The notes under the pieces were generated by a model. The model made no database searches, was not told the origin of the DNA, and saw nothing but the letters and a program-made list of their open reading frames with translations. From Escherichia coli (lineage in GTDB: Bacteria; Pseudomonadota; Gammaproteobacteria; Enterobacterales; Enterobacteriaceae), in NCBI RefSeq assembly GCF_016903815.1, contig NZ_CP069973.1: a stretch of DNA of 64,000 nt. One strand, 5' to 3'. Position 1 is the first letter of the stretch. Each line of letters opens with the position of its first letter. Both the position numbers and the translations under genes were made by a program. Below are positions 55,248 through 64,000 of the stretch, piece by piece.

Positions 55248-56321
55248 TTACGCTCCCGGCTCTGCGGTCGCCTTAGCCGGTGTGGAGAAATCACCGACCT
55301 TAATTTTTTCCACCAGACAACCGGCGGCGTAGTCCTCCACCACGTAATCAATGTTCATTGACTCGTAGTTCTCCACGCGGTCGAGTTTCGGGTTTTCCTC
55401 AATCACGCGGCGATGGCTGTCATCCATGTAGTAGATGGACAGGTTTTCCAGCTTCGTGATGAGCATTGCATCCGCCGGGAAGTACGGGACGCGTACCGCT
55501 GGCAGGTTGCCGATGCGTTTCTGGCTGATGATGACGTCAGCGGCCAGCGTTTCGCTGTTGTCCTGCTCCTTGTTGACGATGGGAAAATACTTGTCCGCCA
55601 GTAGCTGACGTCCCACAATCACCACAAGGTCAGGGTCTTCCTGATACCACGGCTCAATCAGGTTGTTGGTCGCATCCATCACCAGTGCATCAAGGCTGGC
55701 ATAATCACCGCCCTTACCCACGCGGATAACCTCAGAGGTGGTGCGGCCTTCCTCGTCAGTGACCTTGCTCATCACGCGCGCCGGGGCTTCATTGCGGTAT
55801 TTCTGCAGCCAGCCGACCGCCACATCCTGCAGCATCGGATTACTGTTGCGGTCAGAGGTTTCGGCACGCTTCACGCCGTTAAAACCGGCCATGATGAAAT
55901 CAAGGGACTGGCGTTTGATAATGGCGTTACGGACACGGAGCTGGAAATCCTGATAACGCGCCCACAGGTCCAGCGTTTTGTAGCGGATATAAAAATCGAA
56001 GTTAATCTGGTCGCATTCGTACTTGTTTGACGCCAGCTTCGAGAAGTCCTTCGGCTGACGCTCGGTGCCACCGGCGGTATCGGTGGTGCTGGCGATGGAG
56101 CCGGTGACACCGATGCCAATTTTTTCCCCTTTCATTTCGCTGACCGGCACAATGTTGATGCGGGTCAGGAAATCAGAGGACTCCTGCATGGTGTTCATCA
56201 GGGTCTGGGTGACCGAAGGTTCAACGGTGAATTTTTTCGACACATCACCGGCGTCGATGCCGTTCAGTTCGGCAACACGGGACAGGTAGGCATTAAATTT
56301 AAAGCGGGTTTCCTGGCGCAT
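55248..56321 (-). CDS. N: Major capsid protein N
   Basis: 357 aa, as P2 gpN. Confidence 0.9.
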   Translation of the reverse strand: MRQETRFKFNAYLSRVAELNGIDAGDVSKKFTVEPSVTQTLMNTMQESSDFLTRINIVPVSEMKGEKIGIGVTGSIASTTDTAGGTERQPKDFSKLASNKYECDQINFDFYIRYKTLDLWARYQDFQLRVRNAIIKRQSLDFIMAGFNGVKRAETSDRNSNPMLQDVAVGWLQKYRNEAPARVMSKVTDEEGRTTSEVIRVGKGGDYASLDALVMDATNNLIEPWYQEDPDLVVIVGRQLLADKYFPIVNKEQDNSETLAADVIISQKRIGNLPAVRVPYFPADAMLITKLENLSIYYMDDSHRRVIEENPKLDRVENYESMNIDYVVEDYAAGCLVEKIKVGDFSTPAKATAEPGA

Positions 56322-56375
56322 AGTTATTCCTGAAATTAAGGGTTAATCGTGAAGGTTTTCCCGGACTGCCCCCGG

Positions 56376-57230
56376 TCAGCAGTTCGTCATCAGGGCGTCA
56401 CCGCCACCGCCGGTGGCCTTGCTGCGGCGCTGCTGGGTCAGACTTTCGGTGTGGTCGAGACTGTTTTTCAGGCGGCTGAATGCCTGACTGGTTTCATCCG
56501 CCCTGTCAGTCACCTCCTGCTTAAGAGCGGAAAAGGCAGTTTCCATCTCAGCGAGGCGCTGCTCAGTGGCGCTCAGTTTTTCCTGCACATGTTCAGCAAC
56601 AGCGGTCACCGCTTCATGCACGTCATTCAGACGGGCGTCATCGCTGGCCTGTTTGCGGCCAAAAATGGATTTCACCTTTTCGGTCAGGGCGGTAAACACG
56701 GTTTCAGGCAGGTCTTCAAATTCCAGCTCAACAGGCGTTGCCACTGAAATCAGGTTTTCAGGGCTTAATTTGAAGCGGTTCAGGGGGTTGTGTTTTGCCG
56801 TGCGGCAGAATTCCAGGTATTCCGTGCCGAGGCTTGCCGGGTCATCGGTGACGGCCAGACCCACCAGATAACATTTGCCGGTGTTGGCAAAGTTCGGCTG
56901 AATTTCCATTGAGGTATAGACCTTCTGCGCGGCCTTGTTCATCGCGATAAGGTCATCGGTCGGGGTGATTTTCGCAAACAGCGCCCATTTGCCTTTCAGC
57001 GCCGAATCATCGTCAATCTTTTCGGCCTTCAGTTCGGCCACATCGCCATAACGTTTAAAAATACCGTCAGGCAGGATGCCGCGCAGATGTTCCAGGTTAA
57101 TGCGGCAACCATAGACACGCGGGTCAAAGGTTTCGGCCATTTCCTGAATATCCTGCGCACTGATGACACGCCCGTCACAGGTGTCACCCTCAACGCCGAT
57201 ACGAAAGAATTTTGAGACTTTTTTTGCCAT
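56376..57230 (-). CDS. O: Capsid scaffolding protein O
   Basis: Internal start MAKKVSKFFRIGVEGDT gives 284 aa, as P2 gpO. Confidence 0.85.
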   Translation of the reverse strand: MAKKVSKFFRIGVEGDTCDGRVISAQDIQEMAETFDPRVYGCRINLEHLRGILPDGIFKRYGDVAELKAEKIDDDSALKGKWALFAKITPTDDLIAMNKAAQKVYTSMEIQPNFANTGKCYLVGLAVTDDPASLGTEYLEFCRTAKHNPLNRFKLSPENLISVATPVELEFEDLPETVFTALTEKVKSIFGRKQASDDARLNDVHEAVTAVAEHVQEKLSATEQRLAEMETAFSALKQEVTDRADETSQAFSRLKNSLDHTESLTQQRRSKATGGGGDALMTNC

Positions 57231-57403
57231 TGTCAGGAGTCCTGAATAGTGATTAGAGGAGTCACATGTCGGCATCAGTTTCCCGACGATGCGCATCCTC
57301 CGCCATCAGTCCCGGATGGCTTATCACTGACACAACAGCACCTTAGCGAATCGCGGGGCGCGACTCAGTAGCCTTGCCGTGTATTCATCACGGCGAGGTA
57401 TTC

Positions 57404-59176
57404 ATGACCATCACCACAGACACCACTCTTTTACACGACCCGCGTCGTCAGGCGGCGCTGCTGTACTGGCAGGGGTTTTCCGTGCCGCAGATTGCCGCCA
57501 TGTTGCAGATGAAACGCCCGACGGTGCAGAGCTGGAAACAGCGCGACGGCTGGGACAGCGTTGCCCCCATCAGCCGTGTCGAAATGAGTCTGGAAGCGCG
57601 GCTGACCCAGCTCATCATCAAACCGCAGAAAACCGGCGGTGACTTCAAGGAAATTGACCTGCTGGGACGCCAGATTGAACGACTGGCACGGGTCAACCGT
57701 TACAGCCAGACCGGCAACGAGGCAGACCTTAATCCGAACGTCGCTAACCGCAACAAAGGCGGGCGGCGCAAACCGAAAAAGAATTTTTTCAGTGACGAGG
57801 CCATCGAAAAGCTGGAGCAGATTTTCTTTGAGCAGTCTTTCGACTATCAGTTGCACTGGTATCGCGCCGGGCTTGAGCACCGCATCCGCGATATCCTGAA
57901 ATCCCGCCAGATTGGCGCAACGTTTTATTTTTCCCGCGAGGCGCTGCTGCGCGCCCTGAAAACCGGTCATAACCAGATTTTTCTGTCGGCCAGTAAAACG
58001 CAGGCGTATGTGTTCCGCGAATACATCATCGCCTTTGCCCGGCTGGTTGACGTTGACCTGACCGGTGACCCGATTGTCCTGGGCAATAACGGCGCAAAAC
58101 TGATTTTTCTCGGCACCAACTCCAACACCGCACAGAGCCATAACGGCGACCTGTACGTCGACGAGATTTTCTGGATCCCGAATTTTCAGGTACTGCGTAA
58201 GGTGGCATCAGGTATGGCCTCACAGAGTCACCTGCGCTCGACCTATTTCTCCACCCCGTCCACGCTGGCGCACGACGCCTACCCGTTCTGGTCGGGTGAA
58301 CTGTTCAACCGGGGACGCGCCAGCGCCGCCGAACGCGTGGAAATCGACGTCAGTCATAACGCCCTTGCCGGTGGGCTTCTCTGTGCGGACGGCCAGTGGC
58401 GACAGATTGTCACCATTGAGGACGCCCTGAAAGGCGGCTGCACGCTGTTCGACATTGAGCAGCTCAAACGCGAAAACAGCGCCGACGATTTTAAAAACCT
58501 GTTCATGTGTGAATTTGTTGACGACAAGGCATCGGTGTTCCCGTTCGAGGAGCTGCAACGCTGCATGGTCGACACGCTGGAAGAATGGGAAGACTATGCA
58601 CCGTTTGCCGCCAATCCGTTCGGCTCCCGCCCGGTATGGATTGGTTACGACCCGTCACACCGTGGCGACAGCGCCGGATGCGTGGTGCTGGCACCGCCGG
58701 TGGTGGCCGGTGGCAAATTCAGAATACTTGAGCGTCACCAGTGGAAAGGCATGGACTTTGCCACCCAGGCTGAATCCATCCGCAAACTCACCGAAAAATA
58801 CAACGTCGAATACATCGGAATTGATGCCACCGGCCTCGGTGTCGGCGTGTTCCAGCTCGTGCGCTCGTTCTATCCCGCCGCGCGCGACATCCGCTACACG
58901 CCGGAAATGAAAACCGCAATGGTGCTCAAGGCCAAAGACGTTATCCGCCGTGGCTGTCTGGAATATGACGTCAGCGCCACCGACATCACCAGCTCGTTTA
59001 TGGCTATCCGCAAGACCATGACCAGCAGCGGACGCAGTGCCACCTATGAAGCCAGCCGCAGCGAGGAAGCCAGCCACGCCGACCTCGCCTGGGCGACCAT
59101 GCACGCCCTGTTAAATGAGCCACTCACCGCCGGTATCAGCACCCCGCTGACATCCACCATTCTGGAGTTTTACTGA
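57404..59176 (+). CDS. P: Terminase large (ATPase) subunit P
   Basis: Internal start MTITTDTTLLHDPRRQAALLYWQG gives 590 aa, as P2 gpP; divergent from O. Confidence 0.9.
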   Translation: MTITTDTTLLHDPRRQAALLYWQGFSVPQIAAMLQMKRPTVQSWKQRDGWDSVAPISRVEMSLEARLTQLIIKPQKTGGDFKEIDLLGRQIERLARVNRYSQTGNEADLNPNVANRNKGGRRKPKKNFFSDEAIEKLEQIFFEQSFDYQLHWYRAGLEHRIRDILKSRQIGATFYFSREALLRALKTGHNQIFLSASKTQAYVFREYIIAFARLVDVDLTGDPIVLGNNGAKLIFLGTNSNTAQSHNGDLYVDEIFWIPNFQVLRKVASGMASQSHLRSTYFSTPSTLAHDAYPFWSGELFNRGRASAAERVEIDVSHNALAGGLLCADGQWRQIVTIEDALKGGCTLFDIEQLKRENSADDFKNLFMCEFVDDKASVFPFEELQRCMVDTLEEWEDYAPFAANPFGSRPVWIGYDPSHRGDSAGCVVLAPPVVAGGKFRILERHQWKGMDFATQAESIRKLTEKYNVEYIGIDATGLGVGVFQLVRSFYPAARDIRYTPEMKTAMVLKAKDVIRRGCLEYDVSATDITSSFMAIRKTMTSSGRSATYEASRSEEASHADLAWATMHALLNEPLTAGISTPLTSTILEFY

Positions 59177-60210
59177 TGAGCAAGAAAAAAGGGAAAACAC
59201 CGCAACCTGCGGCAAAAACAATGACCGCCAGCGCCCCGAAAATGGAGGCATTCACCTTTGGTGAGCCGGTGCCGGTACTCGACCGCCGTGACATTCTGGA
59301 TTACGTTGAGTGCATCAGTAACGGCAGATGGTATGAGCCACCGGTCAGCTTTACCGGTCTGGCAAAAAGCCTGCGTGCTGCCGTGCATCACAGCTCACCG
59401 ATTTACGTCAAACGTAATATTCTGGCCTCGACATTTATCCCGCATCCGTGGCTTTCCCAGCAGGATTTCAGCCGCTTTGTGCTGGATTTTCTGGTGTTCG
59501 GTAATGCATTTCTGGAAAAGCGTTACAGCACCACCGGTAAGGTCATCAGACTGGAAATCTCACCGGCAAAATATACCCGCCGTGGCGTGGAGGAGGATGT
59601 TTACTGGTGGGTGCCGTCCTTCAACGAGCCGACAGCCTTCGCGCCCGGTTCCGTGTTTCACCTGCTGGAGCCGGATATTAATCAGGAGCTGTACGGCCTG
59701 CCGGAATATCTCAGCGCCCTTAACTCTGCCTGGCTGAATGAGTCGGCCACGCTGTTCCGCCGCAAGTATTACGAAAACGGCGCTCATGCCGGATACATCA
59801 TGTACGTCACTGATGCCGTGCAGGATCGCAACGATATCGAAATGCTTCGCGAAAACATGGTTAAGTCGAAAGGCCGCAATAACTTTAAAAATCTGTTTCT
59901 CTATGCCCCGCAGGGGAAAGCCGACGGCATTAAAATTATCCCGCTCAGTGAAGTGGCGACGAAGGACGATTTTTTTAATATCAAAAAAGCCAGCGCCGCA
60001 GACCTGCTGGACGCGCACCGCATCCCCTTTCAGTTGATGGGCGGCAAGCCGGAGAACGTCGGGTCGCTGGGTGATATTGAGAAAGTGGCAAAGGTCTTTG
60101 TCCGCAATGAGCTTATCCCGCTACAGGACAGGATCCGCGAGATAAACGGCTGGCTCGGTCAGGAGGTCATCCGCTTTAAAAACTACTCACTGGACACTGA
60201 CAACGACTGA
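59176..60210 (+). CDS. Q: Portal protein Q
   Basis: 344 aa, as P2 gpQ; start overlaps P stop. Confidence 0.9.
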   Translation: MSKKKGKTPQPAAKTMTASAPKMEAFTFGEPVPVLDRRDILDYVECISNGRWYEPPVSFTGLAKSLRAAVHHSSPIYVKRNILASTFIPHPWLSQQDFSRFVLDFLVFGNAFLEKRYSTTGKVIRLEISPAKYTRRGVEEDVYWWVPSFNEPTAFAPGSVFHLLEPDINQELYGLPEYLSALNSAWLNESATLFRRKYYENGAHAGYIMYVTDAVQDRNDIEMLRENMVKSKGRNNFKNLFLYAPQGKADGIKIIPLSEVATKDDFFNIKKASAADLLDAHRIPFQLMGGKPENVGSLGDIEKVAKVFVRNELIPLQDRIREINGWLGQEVIRFKNYSLDTDND

Positions 60211-60214
60211 ACAT

Positions 60215-60237
60215 CGCCGCCTGCGGGCGGCTTTTTT
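60215..60237 (+). terminator. Rho-independent terminator after Q
   Basis: cgccgcc tgcg ggcggc followed by tttttt. Confidence 0.7.
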
Positions 60238-60379
60238 ACATCCCGTCATCACGCCCTCACACGCTCACCACCGCACAAAACACCCCTTAGACACACCAAC
60301 GCCCCGACGCACAATCTAAACGCCATCACGACGCGCTCAGACGCTGAAAAAATAAAATCAGCACCACCGCCAGCGCGCA

Positions 60380-60398
60380 GTGCTTTCCCCGCCTCGCC
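60380..60398. other. P2 cos site (19-nt cohesive end)
   Basis: gtgctttccccgcctcgcc is the reverse complement of the P2 cohesive end GGCGAGGCGGGGAAAGCAC as recalled. Confidence 0.7.
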
Positions 60399-60596
60399 CG
60401 CCCGCTTCATGAGACGGTTTTGATGCAGTCGCATTTGTCTTGAAAACCAAGTAACTAGACGGCTATCAGTCATAGACAGGCAGCTTTTTTTTTCATACAT
60501 TTTGTATGCAAAATCATGCACGCCTAATCAAGACGAATCTTCGTTCACAGCCATTATGCATGAATGCGAAAATTACTGTTCGAAAAAGGATAATTT

Positions 60597-62021
60597 ATGG
60601 TTTCGTCAAACGTCAAAATAGCAGCATTTCCAGCAAAAAGATTCTTTGTTGAGATGCTCACCCGAGATATTGAGTTGTCTGACTCAATTCTAGATTTACT
60701 AGATAACTGCCTAGATGGTGTATTAAGAAAAAACAATTTCACTCCAGAGCAAACCTTCGGTAAATCAGACGTTTACAAGGGTTACTATGCTCATATTGAA
60801 TTTGATGAGAATAGTTTCAGAATAACTGATAATTGCGGAGGTATTCCAGCAAAACTTGCGGAAAGCTATGCGTTTAGGTTGGGTAGACCTGCAGAACGTG
60901 AGGCGGATGATCTCCCGACAATTGGTGTATATGGTATCGGAATGAAACGAGCGATTTTCAAAATGGGGACATCTGCTCAGATTTTAAGCAAAACTGAAAA
61001 CGAACAATTTTCAGTTACCATTTCTCCTGAATGGATGGCTGATGATGAAAACTGGTCTTTGGAGTTAGAGCGAAATAATGTTGACTTAAACGAAACAGGC
61101 GTCAGCATCCAAATTAACAATTTAAGGAAAGATATTAAAGCATCCCTATCAAAGGATCGTGGCTTTGAAGAAGTTTTGATTAATATCATAGCAAATCATT
61201 ATAGTTTAATCATTAAAAAAGGGTTTGAGGTTAAAGTAAATGGATGTATTGTTAAGCCAAATAGCACCAATTTAATATTTGATGAAGAAGCCATTAAAGG
61301 CAATACCGACGGCATTGCTCCTTATGTATATAAAAATAATTCAAATGGAGTTTCAATTAAAGTTGCAGTTGGATTTTATCGTAACTTGCCTAGTGAGGAA
61401 GAAGAAGAGAATTTATTATCAGGCCGTTCCACAACAGAAAAAGCTGGTTGGACAATTATATGCAATGATCGTGTAGTCCTACATGCGGATAAAACCAAGC
61501 TTACAGGTTGGGGAGAAGCTGGAGTTCCACAATATCATACTCAATTCATCGGAATTTCTGGTGTTGTTATTTTCACATCATCAAATGCTGAATTACTACC
61601 TATCACTACAACTAAACGAGGTGTTGATGGTAACTCTGAGCTATATCTTTCTACTAAAGATTTTATGCGCGAGGGTTTAAAATTCTTCACGGACTTTACC
61701 AACAAATGGAAAAGTAACGCAGAGGAAAGAAAGCAAATTATTAATACTGCATCCAATATGGTTTCAACAACTGAGGTCGACTTTACTAAATCAATTCCTA
61801 GAGAAAACTGGTCGAACGTTCGACGTTCAATAGGAGGAGAAGTTTTCAAACCGAAGCTACCAATGCCTCGGGATTCGGATCCATTACGTCAGATAAAATT
61901 TAGCCGTAGACATAGTGAAATAAAACTGGTGTCAGAGTTTCTCTTTGATGATGCAACTCAACCACCAACAGAGGTTGGTCAATATTGTTTTGATGAATTT
62001 CTAAAAAAGGCTAAACAATGA
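60597..62021 (+). CDS. GHKL-superfamily (Bergerat-fold) ATPase, cargo gene 1 of a two-gene operon
   Basis: 474 aa, AT-rich. GHKL motifs readable in order: N-box DLLDNCLDG, G1 box ITDNCGGIP, G2 box GVYGIGMKRAIF. SD aaggat 6 nt upstream of ATG. Confidence 0.75.
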   Translation: MVSSNVKIAAFPAKRFFVEMLTRDIELSDSILDLLDNCLDGVLRKNNFTPEQTFGKSDVYKGYYAHIEFDENSFRITDNCGGIPAKLAESYAFRLGRPAEREADDLPTIGVYGIGMKRAIFKMGTSAQILSKTENEQFSVTISPEWMADDENWSLELERNNVDLNETGVSIQINNLRKDIKASLSKDRGFEEVLINIIANHYSLIIKKGFEVKVNGCIVKPNSTNLIFDEEAIKGNTDGIAPYVYKNNSNGVSIKVAVGFYRNLPSEEEEENLLSGRSTTEKAGWTIICNDRVVLHADKTKLTGWGEAGVPQYHTQFIGISGVVIFTSSNAELLPITTTKRGVDGNSELYLSTKDFMREGLKFFTDFTNKWKSNAEERKQIINTASNMVSTTEVDFTKSIPRENWSNVRRSIGGEVFKPKLPMPRDSDPLRQIKFSRRHSEIKLVSEFLFDDATQPPTEVGQYCFDEFLKKAKQ

Positions 62022-63010
62022 GTACTGGCGGAAGCATCCCATATCATTTGCGGCAAAACAAAGCCATTGAAAGGAATCTATTTATAGAATCCCTAAGAAG
62101 GTTAAACAATTATACAAACATATCCGAATATGTATATATAGGATTCGGGGGGCCTTTCCTCGAAGATTTCAAACAAATTCATAATTTGTTAAAAGTGACT
62201 AAAATGATATCTATCGAAGGAGATAAAAATGTCCATTGCCGACAACAGTTTAACAAACCATTATCTTGCATAAATTTGGGTGATACCCCAGAAATGAGCG
62301 GAGACTTCATCAATCGCTATAACTTTGACGATAAAACGATCATATGGTTAGATTATGCAACGCCTTCAGACTTAAATGCTCAGTTAAATGAAATAGTTAA
62401 TTTGGTTACAAAGCTAAAACCCAAAGACATTTTTAAGATCACTTTAAATGCAAACCCTGAAGCCTTGGGAAAAAACCCGAGCGAACGAGATCCAAGAGCA
62501 TATAGATTTCAAAAGATAAACGATATTTTGACTCAAGATTTTTTACCACCGAATGCAGTAGTCGAAGATGTCGGATTTAAAAAATACCCTATGCTCCTAG
62601 TTAATGCTATGAGACGCGCAATAGGGCATGGATTAAAAGGTCGAAATGACATAAGAATACATCCATTAACTTCTTTCGTTTATAAAGATGGCCAACAGAT
62701 GGTTACTTTAACAGCTATCGTTCTTGAAAACACTGATACAGAAGAAGCTAAATTTATTGATAATTCCAGAATCAAGAATTGGCCATTTTATGATGGGAAG
62801 TGGAGTAATCCTAAAAATATAAACGTCCCTGCTATGTCTTTAAAAGAAAGGATACATATTGAATCTTTATTACCCGAAGCTTCAGTAGAAAACATCCATG
62901 AAACTCTAGGGTTTTACATTGGCTCCACTCCTTCTGGAGCCAACTCCGATCTAAGTAATTTTATCGAATACTACAAGGTCGTTCCATGGTATTCAAAGAT
63001 TCTTTTTTAA
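62018..63010 (+). CDS. Hypothetical protein, cargo gene 2 (partner of the GHKL ATPase)
   Basis: 330 aa; start overlaps the upstream stop (ATGA), implying translational coupling. Gly-rich YIGFGGPF then ISIEGD and IIWLDYATPSD resemble a Rossmann-like nucleotide/SAM-binding fold only loosely. Confidence 0.65.
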   Translation: MSTGGSIPYHLRQNKAIERNLFIESLRRLNNYTNISEYVYIGFGGPFLEDFKQIHNLLKVTKMISIEGDKNVHCRQQFNKPLSCINLGDTPEMSGDFINRYNFDDKTIIWLDYATPSDLNAQLNEIVNLVTKLKPKDIFKITLNANPEALGKNPSERDPRAYRFQKINDILTQDFLPPNAVVEDVGFKKYPMLLVNAMRRAIGHGLKGRNDIRIHPLTSFVYKDGQQMVTLTAIVLENTDTEEAKFIDNSRIKNWPFYDGKWSNPKNINVPAMSLKERIHIESLLPEASVENIHETLGFYIGSTPSGANSDLSNFIEYYKVVPWYSKILF

Positions 63011-64000
63011 CTTTTAAACAGTAATCGTATAAAGGTAATAGCATAGCCTCAGCCACAAGCGGACTAACGCTATTACCTATCTGTCTAAAACTGTGCCACT
63101 TTGTAGGATGAAAACGGAACCAATCAGGAAACCCTTGTAACCTAGCTGCTTCACGAGGAGTTATCACCCTAGCTTGAGTAGGGTGAATTGGCCTAACGGC
63201 CTGATAACTCCCCTTGTCACTTCCTGTACCTGCTCTCAAAGTTGGACAAAAACCGTTAGGATTGAGTCGTTGTGATCTCGAAATCTTATCAGTTTCACCG
63301 AATGAAAGTTGTCTATATCTCCTGAGCACTTCCTCCGAATGAGCTGTACCTAAAAAGCCAGATACCAATCCTTTCTTTAAATTTTGAATGGATTCTGCAT
63401 CACCTACACCATTTGGTATATGTCCCCAAAGTCGCTCATAATAGTAACCATCTTTATCCATTTTTACTGAACGCCAGCCTTGCTCCTCTGTCTGCCACTC
63501 TTTTCTTATAGTTCGCGGTAATCCGTAGAGTGCATCTTTGACAAGAGTCTGCTCTATTATATTTTTAGGAAAAAAATCAGATTCTTTTAACTGATTAATA
63601 AAACCTCTTTTAAAACCCATGAAAAATATTCGTGTCCGTGTCGTAGGTGCTCCATAATTTGAAGCATTAACCCTTATTGGATGTAATAAACAATAGCCAT
63701 CTCTAACTAAAGAAAATGCTTCTTCTCTTACTGGATTATATTTCTCACCCATAATTCCTGGAACATTCTCTGCCAAAAAACAAATTGGAGATAACTCACT
63801 TACCAACCTAAAAAAATGAATATACAATTCATTTCTTGTATCATTGGCATTCCTTTTTCCAATGGTGCTAAATCCTTGGCAAGGTGGACCACCAATAACG
63901 CAATCAATGTCCTTTACAGCACATGCAGACAAAATATCTTTTGCTGTAAGCGAGCAGACATCCCGATGCAAATGTGTTGATTTTGGGAAGTTTAACTCAT
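62961..64000 (-). CDS. DNA (cytosine-5)-methyltransferase, C-terminal part in window (N-terminus beyond window end)
   Basis: m5C-MTase motifs: GGPPCQGFS (motif IV), FLAENVPG (motif VI), TTRTRIFF (motif VIII), IGNSVSP (motif X). Reading frame stays open past 63971 to the window edge, so motif I lies outside. Confidence 0.8.
   Translation of the reverse strand, partial: ELNFPKSTHLHRDVCSLTAKDILSACAVKDIDCVIGGPPCQGFSTIGKRNANDTRNELYIHFFRLVSELSPICFLAENVPGIMGEKYNPVREEAFSLVRDGYCLLHPIRVNASNYGAPTTRTRIFFMGFKRGFINQLKESDFFPKNIIEQTLVKDALYGLPRTIRKEWQTEEQGWRSVKMDKDGYYYERLWGHIPNGVGDAESIQNLKKGLVSGFLGTAHSEEVLRRYRQLSFGETDKISRSQRLNPNGFCPTLRAGTGSDKGSYQAVRPIHPTQARVITPREAARLQGFPDWFRFHPTKWHSFRQIGNSVSPLVAEAMLLPLYDYCLKVKKESLNTMERPCSIR

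Larger units (their letters stand above)
36926..64000. mobile_element. P2-like (Peduovirus) prophage: ogr through late genes to cos, plus cargo; continues beyond window end
   Basis: Full P2 gene order with matching protein lengths, att core at the left junction, cos at 60380-60398. Integrase/C/cox/A side not in window. Confidence 0.9.

Noticed and set aside
57231-57403. Searched the O/P divergent region for a TGT-N12-ACA late-promoter dyad
   Set aside because: No exact dyad found by eye (nearest is tgt-N12-ata at 57232); promoters surely exist here but I cannot place them.
57431-58141. 236-aa minus-strand ORF inside terminase gene P
   Set aside because: Antisense shadow ORF.
60249-60742. 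Small minus-strand ORFs (90 aa, 62 aa) spanning cos and the GHKL gene start
   Set aside because: They cross the cos site or run antisense to the start of the GHKL gene; no ribosome binding site.
1-64000. CRISPR arrays, tRNA/rRNA genes, IS elements, integrase
   Set aside because: No direct-repeat/spacer arrays, tRNA-like cloverleaf regions or transposase-like ORFs seen; the prophage integrase side is outside the window.

Overview
The window is Escherichia coli chromosome with K-12-like gene order, followed from about 36.9 kb by a P2-like prophage that runs off the right edge. Chromosomal part (1–36.9 kb): colanic-acid genes wcaD(partial)-wcaC-wcaB-wcaA-wzc-wzb-wza with an ops element in the leader, then yegH, asmA, dcd, udk, dgcE(yegE), alkA, yegD, the yegI-yegJ-yegK-yegL kinase/phosphatase/vWA cluster, three tandem Ibs/Sib type I toxin-antitoxin units (K-12 has two here, from memory), mdtABCD-baeSR, yegP, yegQ and the sRNA cyaR. 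Prophage part: the 27-nt P2 att core overlaps the cyaR terminator, and ogr, D, U, T, E(+E' frameshift), FII, FI, G, H, I, J, W, V, S, R, lysCBA, K, Y, X, L, M, N, O, P, Q and cos all match P2 gene sizes and order. Integrase and the immunity/replication genes lie outside the window. Three AT-rich cargo insertions interrupt the GC-rich phage backbone at known P2 variable positions. The strongest candidate for an undescribed system is just past cos (60.6–64 kb): a translationally coupled two-gene operon encoding a GHKL-type ATPase (474 aa) and an unrecognised 330-aa partner, converging on and overlapping a C5-cytosine DNA methyltransferase. Two single-gene cargo loci (197-aa membrane-anchored protein at the Z/fun position; 357-aa two-TM protein between V and S) are further candidates. 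All assignments come from reading the sequence and remembered family features; no database search was run.
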